Position numbers and translations under genes: made by a program. DNA of 64,000 bases from Clostridiales bacterium (GTDB lineage: Bacteria; Bacillota; Clostridia; Christensenellales; JAISNN01), in contig JAITOU010000001.1 in NCBI GenBank assembly GCA_031289755.1, positions 3,316 to 67,315 on the forward strand. Reading direction: 5' to 3'. Positions 19,100 to 28,905 of this stretch are shown piece after piece. The first letter of the stretch is position 1; every line of letters starts with the position of its first letter. The notes under the pieces were generated by a model. It ran no database searches, was not told the origin of the DNA, and worked only from the letters and a program-made list of their open reading frames with translations.

Positions 19100-19822
19100 T
19101 TATATCCGTCCGCGCTCGGCTTCGAGTGCGGCGATAAGGTCTATCGCGCCGGTATACAGAGCCTTACCGAGTATCGCGCCGTATATCCCCTTTTCTTTTA
19201 GCTTGATTATATCGTCTACCGAAGCGACGCCGCCGCTCGCTATGACGTTTAAGCCGCTTGCCTTTTGCAAAGCAAAGGTTTTGTCCACGTTTACTCCGCT
19301 CAACGCTCCGTCTCTCGTGATGTCGGTGTAGACGACGGTGGTGATTCCGGCCTTTTTTATCTCCCTGCAAAGCTCTGCGGGCGTCGTTTCGCTGTCGTCC
19401 GTCCAGCCTTTTATAGATACCTTGCCGTTTCTCTCGTCCACGCCGCAGATAATGCGTCCGCCGTAAAGCTCCGCCGCCCTTTTAAAAAGGTCGGGCTTTG
19501 TCACCGCCGCGCTGCCGATAATCGCCCTGTCTATGCCGACGTCTTCAAGACAATATTTGATTCTGTCCATACTCTTAAAGCCGCCGCCGAGCTGCAACGG
19601 AATATTCACGGCTTTTCTTATGCTCTTTATAATGTCATCGTTGACCGAAGTATTGTCAAAGGCAGCGTTCAAGTCTACGATATGCAAAAACTCCGCTCCG
19701 CACGCCGCCCACTTTTTTGCAAGCTCCGCCGGTTCGCCGTAGACTACGGCGGTCTCGCGCTTGCCGAGATGTAAGCGCACCGCCTTGCCGTCGAGAATAT
19801 CTATCGCAGGAAATAAAATCAT
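19100..19822 (-). CDS. hisA: ProFAR isomerase
   Basis: FPAIDILDGKAVRL, TDITRDG, ASGGV. Confidence 0.97.
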   Translation of the reverse strand: MILFPAIDILDGKAVRLHLGKRETAVVYGEPAELAKKWAACGAEFLHIVDLNAAFDNTSVNDDIIKSIRKAVNIPLQLGGGFKSMDRIKYCLEDVGIDRAIIGSAAVTKPDLFKRAAELYGGRIICGVDERNGKVSIKGWTDDSETTPAELCREIKKAGITTVVYTDITRDGALSGVNVDKTFALQKASGLNVIASGGVASVDDIIKLKEKGIYGAILGKALYTGAIDLIAALEAERGRI

Positions 19823-19865
19823 AATATCCTTAAAGCCTTACCGTTGTCTTTTATCTCAAATTCCG

Positions 19866-20462
19866 TTATTCCAAAATGCCCTTGGACGACGGTATCTTAT
19901 CCCCGACAATCCTTACGGCATCCGCCAACGCTCTCGCAAGAGCTTTAAAAATGGCTTCGGCTATATGGTGACCGTTCGAGCCGTATCTGAGATTGATATG
20001 AGCGGTAAGCCCGGCGTTATAGGATAACGCTCTCATAAACTCTTCTATCAGGTCAAGGTCAAAATCACCCGTCTTGCCCTTTAACTCCGCATTAAAGACG
20101 AGAAAGGGTCTGCCCGATACGTCTAAGGTCACTTCGGCAAGCGCTTCGTCCATCGGAATGAGCGCGCTTGCATAACGCTTTATGCCCTTTTTGTCGCCGA
20201 GCGCGGTCTTGACGCACTGTCCGAGTACGATTGCCACGTCCTCCACCGAATGATGATAATCGACGTTGATATCGCCCTTGCAGGAAATTTCCACGTCGAA
20301 GCCGCCGTGTACGCGAAAAAGGTCGAGCATATGGTCGAGAAAACCTATGCCGGTAGCTACCGTGCCGTTTCCGCCGCCGTCAAGATTTATTTTGACGGCA
20401 ATGTCCGTTTCTTTTGTTGTCCTTTTGATTTCCGCCGTTCTCGGCGTTGCTTTTGTCGGCAT
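19866..20462 (-). CDS. hisB: Imidazoleglycerol-phosphate dehydratase
   Basis: RTTKET, HHSVED, HHIAEAIFK, PSSKG. Confidence 0.97.
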   Translation of the reverse strand: MPTKATPRTAEIKRTTKETDIAVKINLDGGGNGTVATGIGFLDHMLDLFRVHGGFDVEISCKGDINVDYHHSVEDVAIVLGQCVKTALGDKKGIKRYASALIPMDEALAEVTLDVSGRPFLVFNAELKGKTGDFDLDLIEEFMRALSYNAGLTAHINLRYGSNGHHIAEAIFKALARALADAVRIVGDKIPSSKGILE

Positions 20463-20472
20463 ATTTTCTCCG

Positions 20473-20982
20473 TTATTCCCGTTCTATTTTTGTGTTTTCC
20501 GTCGTATTGTCTGCGGCATTTTCATGCGGTGCCGCCTTAATTCTTTCCATATATTTTTTTATTTCGCCTCTCGCCAAAACGTCGCACCGATTGTTGTATT
20601 CGTTGTCCGAATGCCCCTTGACCTTTACAAAGACGTATTTGTGGCGTTTAAGCTCCAACAGCAATGATTTCCAGAGGTCGACGTTTAATATATTTTTTTT
20701 TGCCGCCGCGCTCCAACCGTCCTTTTGCCATTCGTCCAACCAATGCTTCTCAAAGGCGTTGACGACATACGCGCTGTCGCTGTATATCTTCAATTCACAC
20801 GGCTCTTTGAGAGCTCTCACTGCGGCGATAACGGCAAAAAGCTCCATGCGGTTATTTGTCGTATCGTTATTGTAGCCGCAAACTTCTTTTTCTGCACCGT
20901 TATATATCAGTACCGCGCCGTAACCGCCGGGACCCGGATTATACGAACAAGCGCCGTCGGTATATATATCAACTTTTTTCAT
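20473..20982 (-). CDS. rnhA: Ribonuclease HI
   Basis: YTDGACSYNPGPGG, TTNNRMEL, SDSAYV, VKGHS. Confidence 0.97.
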   Translation of the reverse strand: MKKVDIYTDGACSYNPGPGGYGAVLIYNGAEKEVCGYNNDTTNNRMELFAVIAAVRALKEPCELKIYSDSAYVVNAFEKHWLDEWQKDGWSAAAKKNILNVDLWKSLLLELKRHKYVFVKVKGHSDNEYNNRCDVLARGEIKKYMERIKAAPHENAADNTTENTKIERE

Positions 20983-21013
20983 ATCTGCTAATCGACTCTC
21001 TTAAAGGTTTATC

Positions 21014-21177
21014 AGACTTCTTTCAAAACTAACTTCGCATATCTACGGCATATCTTTTTGCGTCTGCCGCGCCTTGCAAAACAGTTACATAACTTTGGCT
21101 ATGCGCCTATTTTGTAAGGCGCGGCATACACAAAAATCTATACCTTATCTATACAAATTTAATTTTGCAAGAAGTCT
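21014..21177. mobile_element. 164-bp palindromic MITE-like element (family 1)
   Basis: Terminal inverted repeats AGACTTCTTTCAAAA/TTTTGCAAGAAGTCT; internal arms TGCCGCGCCTTGCAAAA/TTTTGTAAGGCGCGGCA. Confidence 0.7.
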
Positions 21178-21281
21178 ATTATATCAATTCTACGCCAAAA
21201 AATCAAGGAAAATTACGATGTGACGATTATCGGTTGATTTTTTGTAAATATTGCGGCACAACTATGATGATAGAAGGCTTT

Positions 21282-22079
21282 TTATTTGCCAAGCTCCGCC
21301 GACCTGTCCGCCGCCGCGACTACTCCGTCGTACAGCGTTTTGCTCAAATTACCGTCTGCAAAGACTTTGAGCGCGGCTTCCGTCGTTCCGCCCTTGCTTG
21401 TGACGTTTTTGATTAAATCTTTTAGCGGTTTGTCCGATACGGCGGCAAGCTCCGCCGCGCCCTTAAAGACCGATACGGCAAGCAGCTTCGCTTCGTCCAA
21501 AGACAAGCCCTTGTCCATACCGCCCCTTATCACCGCATCCAAAAAAGTATAGACGTATGCCGGACCGCTTCCGCTCACCGCCGTGACCGCGTCAAACTTC
21601 TTCTCCGACAGCTCTATGACCTCTCCGAGCTTATCAAAGATACCAAAGACGAACGCCTTATCGGCGGCGTTGCAGTTTACAAAGGTCAACGCGCTTATAC
21701 CCTTGCCTATCATGCAGGGCGTATTCGGCATAATGCGGCATAGCTTGACATTGCCGAAGGCTTCGATGAGCTTTGACGTATTTATCCCCGCCATTATCGA
21801 TATGACAAAGGAAGCCTTTAATTTGCTTTTGATATACTCCGCCGCATCGGCAAAGGACTGCGGCTTGATTGCAAAAAGTATGTTTTCAGAAAATTCCGCA
21901 AGCTCCGCATTGTCGGCAGTCACTATAAAGCCCACTTGCTTTAAAGCTTCGAGCTTAACCGTATCGATATCGCTGATAATGACGTCGCCGGGCTTTAAGA
22001 CCTTTCCGTTTAAGATGCCTTTTGTGATTGCCGCGGACATATTGCCCGCGCCTATTATTCCGAGCTTGTATTTAAACAT
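21282..22079 (-). CDS. proC: Pyrroline-5-carboxylate reductase
   Basis: GAGNM, RIMPNTP, SGSGPAY, VTSKGGTT. Confidence 0.97.
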   Translation of the reverse strand: MFKYKLGIIGAGNMSAAITKGILNGKVLKPGDVIISDIDTVKLEALKQVGFIVTADNAELAEFSENILFAIKPQSFADAAEYIKSKLKASFVISIMAGINTSKLIEAFGNVKLCRIMPNTPCMIGKGISALTFVNCNAADKAFVFGIFDKLGEVIELSEKKFDAVTAVSGSGPAYVYTFLDAVIRGGMDKGLSLDEAKLLAVSVFKGAAELAAVSDKPLKDLIKNVTSKGGTTEAALKVFADGNLSKTLYDGVVAAADRSAELGK

Positions 22080-22199
22080 ATAATCTCCTTACTCTCAAAA
22101 ATGCTTATACATTATCCTTAGGAATATTTTTACCGCAAAGTCATGCCGCGCGTGCGTTCTAAATACAGGTTTTAAGTTTAAAACTTTTGGCAAAATCCG

Positions 22200-22229
22200 T
22201 TGACAATGCGGACGGCGATATATTATAAT
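22200..22229 (+). promoter_or_regulatory. Sigma-A promoter of tRNA-Trp
   Basis: TTGACA-N18-TATAAT. Confidence 0.8.
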
Positions 22230-22245
22230 ATCGTAGTCGGCACTT

Positions 22246-22320
22246 AGGGGAGTGGCTCAACGGTAGAGTAGCGGTCTCCAAAACCGTAGGTTGCGTGTTC
22301 GAATCGCGTCTCCCCTGCCA
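22246..22320 (+). tRNA. tRNA-Trp(CCA)
   Basis: AGGGGAGTGGCTCAA...CTCCAAA...TTCGAAT...CCA. Confidence 0.95.
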
Positions 22321-22662
22321 TAAGACACCGATGACTCGCGTGAAGTCATCATATTAAGGTTCAAAATTACTAAACACAGTGATTTTGAGCCTTTTTTTTG
22401 AGCCTTACGATACGGCTTTAAGACTAATCTATTATATCAAATTCTCTTTAAAACGGCAACTAATAACAAGCCGAAAAAAATCTTAAAGCACAAAATAAAA
22501 ACGGACTGACTTGTATTTTTATTCAGTCCGTTGCTCTTTGTGCAGGCAAAAGAATTGTTCCGACTTTAATCTCAAGGATATGAGCCGGTCTACCTAATAT
22601 ATTCTAACTCATTGTTAATTTTTAACTTGCCGTTCTTTGCCGTTTCGGGTTGAAAGATTCGG

Positions 22663-24402
22663 TTAATTCACAACACAGACCTCATTATTCTTATTAAATA
22701 ATTCAAAGCAATCTTTATAGGATAGTCTGCAAGATTTTATTTCTTCCGCCAACAATAATAAATTTTGCGAATTTATTGCCGCTCCGTTCGTACTTGTCCG
22801 GCGACTTAATTGTAATAATTTTGCGTTCACGCCATCCGTGAACACCGATGAAACAAACAAGAAATTAAACAGCATAACGTTATCGGGAAAGCCGAGCCAC
22901 CAACGGTTCGGGTTGAGAGCGGAGTCTCGCGTTTTGTTTTCCTCAATATACCGCGCCATTTCATCCTGCTGCCCCATAGGCAAGCTATATCCTTTGGCGT
23001 AAGCCTTATTGTCAATAATCAAGCCGTTCCTATCGTGATGAATAATCCCGTCCGGTCGCCTCGACTCTCCTAATCTCGCGCCCTTAAAACAAAGTTCATT
23101 TGTCAGAAGGTCAATAGTTTGAATTTCAAAATCTCTGTTCGCCGCGCCGTCAAACGAGAGGTCTATCAAACATAAATATTTATGATTGAGATTTTGCAGA
23201 CGCTCTCTAATCCTATCCTTGATAACCGAGATGTCGGATTTTTCCGATTTTTTTTCAAATGCGGGAATGTCAAGCTTGATAATCGTGTCGGTAATTTTGT
23301 ATTGACCGTTTTCATTTTTAACCGACAATCCTATATTTTCCAAGCTATGAATGTCATCCAAGATAGCGGTTTGATTTTCATTAAAGCCGTTTGCTTCCAA
23401 AAATTTTTGCACGTCGTCAATAGACTTGGAAGCGGAGTTCAAGCATTTGATAATGTACGCCCTGCGATTCCGCAAGTAAATTTTGTCGGACGGTTTTGTC
23501 GCAAGCATTTCCCACAATACGATTTTAGGAACTTTCTTTGTGCTTGAACTGCCGTAAACTTGCTTTAACCGCGTCCGTCCCTCTAAAGTAATTGTGAAAG
23601 CGGAATTGATTATTCCGTTATATTCGGTGTTGCCGAGCCTTTCCGAAACAGTTTTCGGTTCGCGTTTTACCCAACCGATATTAGCAAGCCAACCGCAAAT
23701 CATGCGGGCATATTTATCGGAATCGCCTTCGACATTTTGGCTAATCTTTGTTCGCTCCGTTTGACTAACGGCATCATGCAAGCCTTGCAGAAAAAGGTTT
23801 TGAGGAACGGATGTAAAACCTGCCTCACCCATAATTCCGAGCTTGCCCCCGATTTCAAATTTAGTCATGTGCGTATACTGATTCAATAACGACAGTACTC
23901 GAACGGCGGGAGGATAAGAAAGATATGCTAATCCGAGTAAATCTTTTTCCTGCGCGGAGTTATCGGGCGTAGCGGCAAATTTCTTTCCGAAGTCGCTTAT
24001 ATAACAACAATCAGATTCGCGGTCGTATTCAAGAAACCCGAGTGAAATAGCCCACCGTAAAAAACAGTCGGAAGACCAATCGTCCGTATACTCTTTTGCG
24101 CCTTGACCTTTTATCGCGGCTTGAATAATGCCGGAACAGGGAGAGTCCTTGCGTGTACCGCCGCTCGGCTTGCCTTTACCTTTTAAATCTTTGTACGGAA
24201 TTACCATTTTTTGTTCATCGCTCAATAAGCCGATAAATTTATCTCTGCCGTTCTCTGCGGTTATCAGTCGCGGTATTTGTATTTCACGCAAAAATTTATT
24301 AACCGACGAATCGTAAACGAATAACTTTACGACATCCTTTAACGAATTCGTACTTGCGGAATTCTGTATCCAACCCAAGGTTCTAACTTCTTTTACAGGC
24401 AT
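22663..24402 (-). CDS. FokI-family type IIS restriction endonuclease
   Basis: Colinear with FokI as recalled: RTLGWIQN, WSSDCFLRWA, SYPPA, SDKYARMI, WEMLAT; catalytic RPDG...IDNKAY; DEMARY dimer motif. Confidence 0.93.
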   Translation of the reverse strand: MPVKEVRTLGWIQNSASTNSLKDVVKLFVYDSSVNKFLREIQIPRLITAENGRDKFIGLLSDEQKMVIPYKDLKGKGKPSGGTRKDSPCSGIIQAAIKGQGAKEYTDDWSSDCFLRWAISLGFLEYDRESDCCYISDFGKKFAATPDNSAQEKDLLGLAYLSYPPAVRVLSLLNQYTHMTKFEIGGKLGIMGEAGFTSVPQNLFLQGLHDAVSQTERTKISQNVEGDSDKYARMICGWLANIGWVKREPKTVSERLGNTEYNGIINSAFTITLEGRTRLKQVYGSSSTKKVPKIVLWEMLATKPSDKIYLRNRRAYIIKCLNSASKSIDDVQKFLEANGFNENQTAILDDIHSLENIGLSVKNENGQYKITDTIIKLDIPAFEKKSEKSDISVIKDRIRERLQNLNHKYLCLIDLSFDGAANRDFEIQTIDLLTNELCFKGARLGESRRPDGIIHHDRNGLIIDNKAYAKGYSLPMGQQDEMARYIEENKTRDSALNPNRWWLGFPDNVMLFNFLFVSSVFTDGVNAKLLQLSRRTSTNGAAINSQNLLLLAEEIKSCRLSYKDCFELFNKNNEVCVVN

Positions 24403-24411
24403 AATTCCACC

Positions 24412-26352
24412 TCAATAATTTGTAATTAAAACCTCGACGGTTTCGGCGGCTTTTTCTTTGAATTGATAATTGCAATTTGAATAATCGCTGTCAATATAAT
24501 GAACTTTATATTTTTTTGCCCAATCAATAAGTATCTTGTTTTCACGGTTTTTATGGATAAAGACGTTGGATAGCGCAAAGCGAATTGTCCGTTTATTTGC
24601 CCCGTCTAAAAACTTGCACAAATCTCTTTCTTCTTCTTCTCCCCAATCGTGGAAGCCGCGATTGCCGTCATTGTATGAGCCGTTTGTGATTAGATACGGA
24701 GGGTCGCAATAAATAAAATCATTATTACTTAATCCGTCTATATCCATTGAACGAAAATCCCGCGCAAAAAATTCGAGCCTTTTCCGTTTCATTTCCTCCA
24801 TAAAAAGAATAAGATTCTTTTTCGTAATTTCAGAGTATTGACTTCGATTTCTGCCAAAAGGATTATTATATTCTAATTTGCTGTTGAAGCGGAATTGATA
24901 ATTAAACGAAAAGCATGATAGCGTGAATAAATCTATCGGATTACCCGTTGCATTATAACAATCGCGAAACGCCTTATACCCGACCTCGTTTTCTTTGGAT
25001 AAATCAAACTCTTGTATCTTATCGTCAATACGACGCAAAACAATCTCAATGTCCGCATAGCAAAGCGTCCGCACCATCTCCACTACCTTGTGATTCATGT
25101 CGTTACAAATCGTTTTTTTTGCTTTAATATTAGCGGACACATTAAAACCGCCGGCGAATAAATCAATAAAGGTATCAATATCATTCGGGAACAAATCGAA
25201 AAGCTGCGGCAAGATTTTGTATTTTCCGCCGATATAATTCATCGGGCTTTTTACGAAACGCTTTTTATCTATCGCAGTCGTACCGGCAATACTCATATCC
25301 CGTACCGAACTAATCTTTTTTTTCGTTGCGTATTTGGAAGCGTAAAAGATATATTCGTTGTGTTCTTTTTGTTTTTGCTCTAATTTGCCTTTGTATCTTG
25401 CGTAAGGAATGGCAACATAGTCCACGCTTTCGGTACGGCAATGCTTTCGCAGGATAGTCAAAATTTGCTCAACGCTTAATAGACCGTCATCGCTGTAACT
25501 GACGATGATATGCTTAAAATCGGCATCCGCAATTAAATTGCTAAAAGCGGCTTCAACATTCGCTTTCATACAGTAATCGGATTTTTCATGTCCATAGGGG
25601 CGCATACCCGTAATGCCTGTAGCTTTCGGGGAATCGTATCGGGCTATCGTTTCTAAAACATGGTAATTCGGCAGATATTGCCGCTCGTTATACGGGGGGT
25701 CGATATATAGAATATCACCTTTGATTTTTTTGATTAGTTCGTTCGCATCCTCATTGTAGCAAATATTCCGTTTGTTGTTATCGATGATATTTATACGGTA
25801 CATTTCAAATTTTTTATACGCCCGCTTATCCCAATGCTTTAAGTACGCTCCGTAAGTACCTGTAATGTTTGATATAAAAGGCACTCCCTCGATTAAACAA
25901 GCCAAAAGATATTTGTATTCTCCGGCATTAATCAATTTTTCATTTTTCCAACCTTCGATAGTGGAACGTATGAAATCAATACGCCTTGCGTTTTCTTCGG
26001 TAAAATACATTCTTCCGTCTTTACCCGCCGGAGAATAAGTGTCAGTTATATATTGTTTGCCTAAAAAAAGAAACCGTTCATTTTCAAGATATGTAATAGG
26101 CTCGCATATGCCTTCTTTAAGCAATTTTTCAAAACGCGGTTTTTCGTTGTTTTCAATCGTCGCAGCGGTCAATATATGAGAAAACGATAAAATATCGTTT
26201 GATATAATTTGGTAGTAAGGCTTAAAATATCTGGCAACCGCACCCGTGCCGGAAAATAAATCGCAAAAAATCTCGTCGCTTTCATCGCAATGTTGGTCAA
26301 TGACAGCTTTAATCCGGTTTAATAAATTTGCTTTGCTACCTATAAATCGCAT
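24412..26352 (-). CDS. Fused double m6A methyltransferase (M.FokI-like)
   Basis: Two MTase domains (DLFSGTG/IDPPY and DLFAGG/CDPPY); starts MRFIGSK like M.FokI. Confidence 0.95.
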   Translation of the reverse strand: MRFIGSKANLLNRIKAVIDQHCDESDEIFCDLFSGTGAVARYFKPYYQIISNDILSFSHILTAATIENNEKPRFEKLLKEGICEPITYLENERFLFLGKQYITDTYSPAGKDGRMYFTEENARRIDFIRSTIEGWKNEKLINAGEYKYLLACLIEGVPFISNITGTYGAYLKHWDKRAYKKFEMYRINIIDNNKRNICYNEDANELIKKIKGDILYIDPPYNERQYLPNYHVLETIARYDSPKATGITGMRPYGHEKSDYCMKANVEAAFSNLIADADFKHIIVSYSDDGLLSVEQILTILRKHCRTESVDYVAIPYARYKGKLEQKQKEHNEYIFYASKYATKKKISSVRDMSIAGTTAIDKKRFVKSPMNYIGGKYKILPQLFDLFPNDIDTFIDLFAGGFNVSANIKAKKTICNDMNHKVVEMVRTLCYADIEIVLRRIDDKIQEFDLSKENEVGYKAFRDCYNATGNPIDLFTLSCFSFNYQFRFNSKLEYNNPFGRNRSQYSEITKKNLILFMEEMKRKRLEFFARDFRSMDIDGLSNNDFIYCDPPYLITNGSYNDGNRGFHDWGEEEERDLCKFLDGANKRTIRFALSNVFIHKNRENKILIDWAKKYKVHYIDSDYSNCNYQFKEKAAETVEVLITNY

Positions 26353-26489
26353 ATCTCACATCCGATAACATCCTTGTCAATTAATTGTAGCATATAATTC
26401 TATTTATATCAAGAAAAACTTAATACGAAAAATTAAAAACTTTAAGAATCATCTGTAATATTCTCAATATTTCATCTTGCCATGCGGCT

Positions 26490-27407
26490 TTAAAGGATTT
26501 CAAATGAAGCAAAAACCGCAAAATGGTCTGATGTATATACTCCGTCAAATTTTTCTTTAAGCACCTTATATTCTGCGGCACTGAAAACGCCTAAGGCTTT
26601 TGAGAAGATAAAATCTATCGGCGACGCGTCCGCGCCGTCTACATCCCGCACTCCGTAGCCGTGATAACTACCCGAAGACATTGTATTCGGAGCGGAATAT
26701 TTGGCGTCCGATAATGCGGCGGCAACGACCTGATAATTGTCGTCATTTTCGTTAAAATTGAAGTCGCCCGTCAAAAAAATCGGCAGGGTCTCAGCTTCTA
26801 TACGGCTGAGAATTATTTTCAAGCCTTCCGTCCGTGCCTGTCCGCTTGCGTTGTCGAGATGAGTATTATAATGAATAAATTCTATGCCCGTCAGCTTGTC
26901 GCGGAATTTTGCGCGCACGGTCACACGTTTGCTGCCTGCGCCCCACCCTTTTGAAACTTTATCCGGCGTTTCCGAAAGCCAAAAGAAATCACTCTCCAAA
27001 AGCTCGAGTCTGTCGGTACGGTAAAAGATGTATACGCCTTCGCCGACGGCATTTGTCAGCTCGCGGCTTCTGCCCGTCCATGCGTAGCCGGTAAGATTTT
27101 TTTCCAAATACCGACGCTGTATCACCGTGACTTCCTGCATAGCCACGATGTCGGGAGCAATACTTTTGATATGCCCGACGAGCGCGTCGCGGCGATTTGT
27201 CCACTTATCGTCGTCCGCCGCATTAATAGGCACATTTAAACGTATGTTGTACGTCACCGCCGTAAGCAGTCCGCCGTCCGCTTCTTTGAGCGACATATCT
27301 AAGTAACGGCTTTTGGGTACAAAGATTATCCCCGACACACACAACGCGGCTATTAATACGCCGCTCAAAACTAATGCTACGATTGTAATACAGACATGTT
27401 TTTTCAT
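26490..27407 (-). CDS. Secreted endonuclease/exonuclease/phosphatase-family protein
   Basis: N-terminal anchor; TYNIR, MQEV, NTHLD, TGDFN, IDFIF, SDHF. Confidence 0.9.
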   Translation of the reverse strand: MKKHVCITIVALVLSGVLIAALCVSGIIFVPKSRYLDMSLKEADGGLLTAVTYNIRLNVPINAADDDKWTNRRDALVGHIKSIAPDIVAMQEVTVIQRRYLEKNLTGYAWTGRSRELTNAVGEGVYIFYRTDRLELLESDFFWLSETPDKVSKGWGAGSKRVTVRAKFRDKLTGIEFIHYNTHLDNASGQARTEGLKIILSRIEAETLPIFLTGDFNFNENDDNYQVVAAALSDAKYSAPNTMSSGSYHGYGVRDVDGADASPIDFIFSKALGVFSAAEYKVLKEKFDGVYTSDHFAVFASFEIL

Positions 27408-27442
27408 AAAAAAATCTCCGTAGGCGTTTCTCTTTTTATAGG

Positions 27443-27604
27443 AGATTAATACTATAACATAGACGACGAACAGATTTTAGCGGATTTTTGGCTTATACAA
27501 GGCGCATTTGACGACGTGTAGCGTAAGCTACATTAGGATAATGCAACGCTGTATAAGGCAAAAAGACGCAAAATTTGTCGGCGGATAGGTTATAGGAGTA
27601 ATCT
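27443..27604. mobile_element. 162-bp palindromic MITE-like element (family 2)
   Basis: Arms AGATTAATACTATAACATAG... / ...GATAGGTTATAGGAGTAATCT with inner GCTTATACA/TGTATAAGG. Confidence 0.65.
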
Positions 27605-27605
27605 A

Positions 27606-28676
27606 TTATAGCTTAAACAAAATCTTATTATTTGCGAGCGGAACGGTAAGCCAGCCAAACGCCGCCAATGCCACAAAGAAAACCGTCAGCAGACCTTCCG
27701 TATTTTGAAAAAATAACGTCTTTTGAAAGAGCAATATCGGTGTGGACGCAAGCAAGGACAGTATGATAAAAAGGAAAAAATTACGCCCGAAGGTAACCAA
27801 TACCGGAATAGGACGGTCTTTTAACAGGAGCTTGTTCAGGACATACAAGACAAAATATATCGCGTTGACTATCGCCAAAGCCATAATGAGATAAGAGAGA
27901 TTGTATTGACGGTAGTATGCCGCGCCGCCGAAGGTGTACCGTATAAGTGCGGCGACTCCTATAAGGATTAAGGTCGCAATGGCGTAGCTAAACACGCCCT
28001 TTCTCATCATATCCCCTATGACCGTCGCAAGCAAAACGATACCCAAATATCCGAAGCAAGCCGATACTCCGCCTTCCTCCGCAAAAAGCACCTGAAAAGC
28101 CGACGAAGTATTAAAGAAATGATACAAGAGCAAAATACCGGCCCCGCAAGCAAGCCTTATCCATGTATTGTTTCTGATTGACGGAAGCATGAACGGCACA
28201 AGAAATACGCCCGTCATACCGACGCTCATGATAGTATTCCAGCTCCAAGAAAATCCGCCGATTTTGTTGCCGATAAAAAGAATTAAGCCGAACAAACCGA
28301 CAATCGACAAATTTCTCAAAAAGAAATTTTTGTAAGCGACCTTGCCGTATTGCGCTTCTCTCTTACCGAATGAAGTCATTACTATTATACCTATGACAAA
28401 AAAGAACGTGACAGGCCCTAAATCGAGAAAATTGAAATTTAAAAAAGGTATGCCCGACGCATTGCGAACTATTCCGGTCGCATCGTTCATATGGTACGAA
28501 TGCACAAACCAATCGGGAAGCAATTCAAAATAATTTGTAGCCTGAATAAAAATCTGAGAAAAGAGAAATAAGACGATTATCAGTCCCTTTACATTGTCGA
28601 GCAAAACGTTTCTTTCGCTCAAAATTTTCTCTTTGCTTTGTAATACAATTCTTTTGTTTTCTTTTAGCGAATCCAT
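27606..28676 (-). CDS. Membrane acyltransferase (HGSNAT/DUF1624-like)
   Basis: ERNVLLDNVKGL, WFVH, DLGPVTFFFVIG; about 10 TMs. Confidence 0.7.
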   Translation of the reverse strand: MDSLKENKRIVLQSKEKILSERNVLLDNVKGLIIVLFLFSQIFIQATNYFELLPDWFVHSYHMNDATGIVRNASGIPFLNFNFLDLGPVTFFFVIGIIVMTSFGKREAQYGKVAYKNFFLRNLSIVGLFGLILFIGNKIGGFSWSWNTIMSVGMTGVFLVPFMLPSIRNNTWIRLACGAGILLLYHFFNTSSAFQVLFAEEGGVSACFGYLGIVLLATVIGDMMRKGVFSYAIATLILIGVAALIRYTFGGAAYYRQYNLSYLIMALAIVNAIYFVLYVLNKLLLKDRPIPVLVTFGRNFFLFIILSLLASTPILLFQKTLFFQNTEGLLTVFFVALAAFGWLTVPLANNKILFKL

Positions 28677-28905
28677 TTGTAATTCTCCCGATTTGTCTTT
28701 GATGATTATCTCGGCTTTATCAAAATCCCCTTAATTTTAAGATTGCTTTTTATACGGCAATGACAAAACCTTTAAGATTATACCATAATTATATATAATA
28801 AATCAATATCTTTTAGATTTTTCCGACAAAAACATTTGTTTTAACAAATAAGCGATTTTTGTTTTTTTGATAAAACCGTTTCGCCGACAACACCTATTTT
28901 CTTTT

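Noticed and set aside
22321-22662. Prophage or integrase at tRNA-Trp
   Set aside because: No integrase ORF and no duplicated tRNA 3' end seen in the window.
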